Shown here one piece after another: positions 36,862-38,429 of a stretch of 38,429 nt of DNA. The position numbers and the translations under genes were made by a program. This stretch comes from a virus (taxonomy: Duplodnaviria; Caudoviricetes). Location of the stretch: IMG/VR virus record IMGVR_UViG_3300029818_000063, positions 1-38,429 of that record. The stretch is one strand, 5' to 3'. The notes under the pieces were generated by a model that saw only the letters and a program-made list of their open reading frames with translations, searched no databases and was not told the origin of the DNA. Every line of letters starts with the position of its first letter. Position 1 is the stretch's first letter.

Positions 36862-36995
36862 GAACGGGTGACCGGACCAGGTGCTGTAACACTTGATCCG
36901 GCCGCCAACCTGCAGAACTGAGCTGCAAGCCAGCCAAGACCCGCTACACTCGCGAGTGCCGGGCAAGGCTATCAGAAAATGAAAAGGCTTTGCAG
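36862..36995. promoter_or_regulatory. Structured intergenic leader upstream of com (three hairpins; possible antisense sRNA)
   Basis: Stems at 36867-36906, 36911-36927 and 36932-36970; minus-strand extended -10 TGATAGCCT at 36974-36966. Confidence 0.5.
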
Positions 36996-37202
36996 ATGTT
37001 GAAAATACTACGTTGCGGTAGTTGTAATCGAATGCTGGCAAAAACCAGCTCAGCAAGCGTCATCGAGATCAAGTGTCCGCGCTGCGGCACACTCAACCAT
37101 CAGAAGGCCATGAGCCTCCAAACATGCGCGCCACTGAGCGCCAATTGTGGAGGCCATCATGGCAAAACAAGCGAAACAACCACCGGGTCAGAACGGGTTT
37201 AA
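36996..37202 (+). CDS. com: Com family zinc-finger translational activator
   Basis: MLKILRCGSCNRMLAK...IEIKCPRC matches the Mu Com pattern (RC..CN.LL....IEI.CPRC); right-end position. Confidence 0.92.
   Translation: MLKILRCGSCNRMLAKTSSASVIEIKCPRCGTLNHQKAMSLQTCAPLSANCGGHHGKTSETTTGSERV
37107..37163 (+). promoter_or_regulatory. Translation-inhibition hairpin sequestering the SD and AUG of the gene after com
   Basis: GCCATGA-GCCTCCA (37107-37120) pairs with TGGAGGC-ca-TCATGGC (37148-37163). Confidence 0.75.
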
Positions 37203-37314
37203 ATATAAGCCCCAGTTCGGCGTCATCATTATCTGTCCAGATGAGACCGCCCAGCAGCGGGCCTTCGAAACGCTCAAGAGTAGCGGGCATAAAGTAAGGG
37301 TGGTGTGCGTATGA
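37159..37314 (+). CDS. 51-aa protein absent from the ORF track (MAKQAKQPPGQNGFKYKPQFGVIIICPDETAQQRAFETLKSSGHKVRVVCV)
   Basis: GGAGG SD at 37149-37153; starts inside com; stop forms an ATGA overlap with the next gene; beta-alpha-beta pattern. Confidence 0.8.
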   Translation: MAKQAKQPPGQNGFKYKPQFGVIIICPDETAQQRAFETLKSSGHKVRVVCV

Positions 37315-38429
37315 AAATTCATATCCAGCACCACTGCCCGGATTCAAATAGCTACCGCGCCGCGAGGGTCAAGTCCCTGTTCAATGTCGACCAGGGCAAC
37401 GAGGTCACGATTGATGCCGATCTGCCGATTGAAGACATGTCATGGCAGATTGGGGTGATAGTTGGCCCATCCGGCTCGGGTAAAAGCAGCATCGGCCGCA
37501 AGTTCAAGGCGCCTTATAACCCCCGCTGGTCCAAAGATCAGCCGATCATTGATGCTATTGCTCCAGATCAGGCGTTTGACCAGGTACCTGCCGCGCTTTC
37601 TGCTGTCGGGCTGGGGTCTGTGCCTGCCTGGCTCCGCCCTTACCAAGTGCTTTCGATGGGTGAGCAGTTTCGCGCAACGCTGGCCCGCTTGGTCTGCGAG
37701 GCGCCTCGTCTTGCTGTGGTCGACGAGTTCAGCTCTGTAATCGATCGGCAGATCGCCCAGATCGGAGCGGGGGCATTCGCTAAAGCATGGCGGCGAACTG
37801 CAGGGCAAGTTGTTCTCCTGTCGTGCCACTACGACATTCTCGACTGGGTGCAGCCGGATTGGGTGTATGACACCGCGTCCGGTGAATTCCTCAGGGGGTG
37901 GCACCGGCGACGGCCATGCATTCAGCTCGAGGTACGCCAAGCTGCTCAGCGCGACTATGCCCCCTTTGAAGAGCATCACTATCTGAAACTCCCGCCCATG
38001 GTTGCGGCAACGCACTACACCGGTTGGGTTGACGGCCAACCGGTCGCCCACGTCGCGTTTGCAACCCGGCCTGGCCTTATTGAGGCTAGAGCCTGCCGGC
38101 TGGTTGTGATGCCAGAGTGGCAGGGCGCGGGCGTTGGCATGCGGTTCCTTAATGCTGTTTGCGAGCTCTGGCTTGCTGGAGATAACAGGCATCGGCTCCC
38201 CCTTAGGACACTATTTCACACCAGCCACCCCGGCCTGGCGGCCGCGCTTCGGCGCGACCGACGTTGGACGCAGGTCTCGGCTAACTTGGTCGGAGGTAAC
38301 AAGGCGAAGAGTGCGGCATCACTTCATGCCAGCGCCGCTCGTCTAGGCAAACCCAAGGCAGGCAGCGGCTTCGGTGGCCACTTCCGGGCTGTACAGGGCT
38401 TCAGATATCTGGGGGAAACATGCGAATAG
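37311..38429 (+). CDS. ABC-type ATPase fused to GNAT acyltransferase
   Basis: Walker A GPSGSGKS, signature LSMGE, Walker B AVVDEFS, H-loop SCH; GNAT motif A RLVVMPEWQGAGVG; start reset to ATG 37311. Confidence 0.9.
   Translation: MKIHIQHHCPDSNSYRAARVKSLFNVDQGNEVTIDADLPIEDMSWQIGVIVGPSGSGKSSIGRKFKAPYNPRWSKDQPIIDAIAPDQAFDQVPAALSAVGLGSVPAWLRPYQVLSMGEQFRATLARLVCEAPRLAVVDEFSSVIDRQIAQIGAGAFAKAWRRTAGQVVLLSCHYDILDWVQPDWVYDTASGEFLRGWHRRRPCIQLEVRQAAQRDYAPFEEHHYLKLPPMVAATHYTGWVDGQPVAHVAFATRPGLIEARACRLVVMPEWQGAGVGMRFLNAVCELWLAGDNRHRLPLRTLFHTSHPGLAAALRRDRRWTQVSANLVGGNKAKSAASLHASAARLGKPKAGSGFGGHFRAVQGFRYLGETCE

Larger units (their letters stand above)
1..38429. mobile_element. Mu-like transposable prophage/phage genome, B3-like organisation, siphovirus tail
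   Basis: DDE transposase plus AAA ATPase, GemA, Mor, Mu gp25-gp36-like head cluster, Com at right end; early operon runs leftward and ends in mor as in B3/BcepMu; termini not in window. Confidence 0.96.

Noticed and set aside
36600-36995. Dam/OxyR-type GATC cluster as in the Mu mom promoter
   Set aside because: Only one GATC in the intergenic region (36895-36898); GATC is common throughout the window
37311-37900. ABC transporter ATP-binding subunit
   Set aside because: No permease or binding-protein gene nearby; fused to GNAT and coupled to com
37440-38192. 250-aa minus-strand ORF opposite ABC-GNAT
   Set aside because: No recognisable motifs; fully antisense to a motif-rich gene
1-38429. 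Transposase-binding end repeats, TG...CA termini, CRISPR array, tRNA/rRNA
   Set aside because: Window begins and ends at gene stop codons so the ends are outside; no repeat-spacer array or RNA gene pattern was seen

Overview
The window is an essentially complete Mu-like transposable (pro)phage with B3/BcepMu-type gene order and a siphovirus (non-contractile) tail. It is probably from a pseudomonad, though the host cannot be fixed from sequence. The left 10.9 kb is a leftward early operon: Ner-like regulator, CII-like and IclR-like regulators, DDE transposase, AAA ATPase, DUF3164, DUF2786, a SutA-like protein, GemA and finally mor. A divergent repressor operon follows (CI-like repressor, membrane Zn-ribbon protein, lipoprotein, coiled-coil Zn-ribbon protein), then lysis, Mu-like head genes, tail genes and a right-end com locus. 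Genome ends are not visible because the window starts and ends at stop codons. Four observations stand out. (1) The mom slot after com holds an unannotated 51-aa ORF and an ABC-ATPase-GNAT fusion, with a hairpin that buries the SD and AUG, suggesting a Com-gated non-Mom modification system. (2) A 16-residue G/N-rich motif is shared between the repressor C-terminus and the N-terminus of the adjacent membrane protein, conserved at protein level but not DNA level. (3) Three copies of a TTTTGC-N4-GCAAAA late-promoter element have identical spacing. (4) There is a phage SutA-like RNAP-binding motif. Family assignments come from motif recognition and synteny, not database searches.
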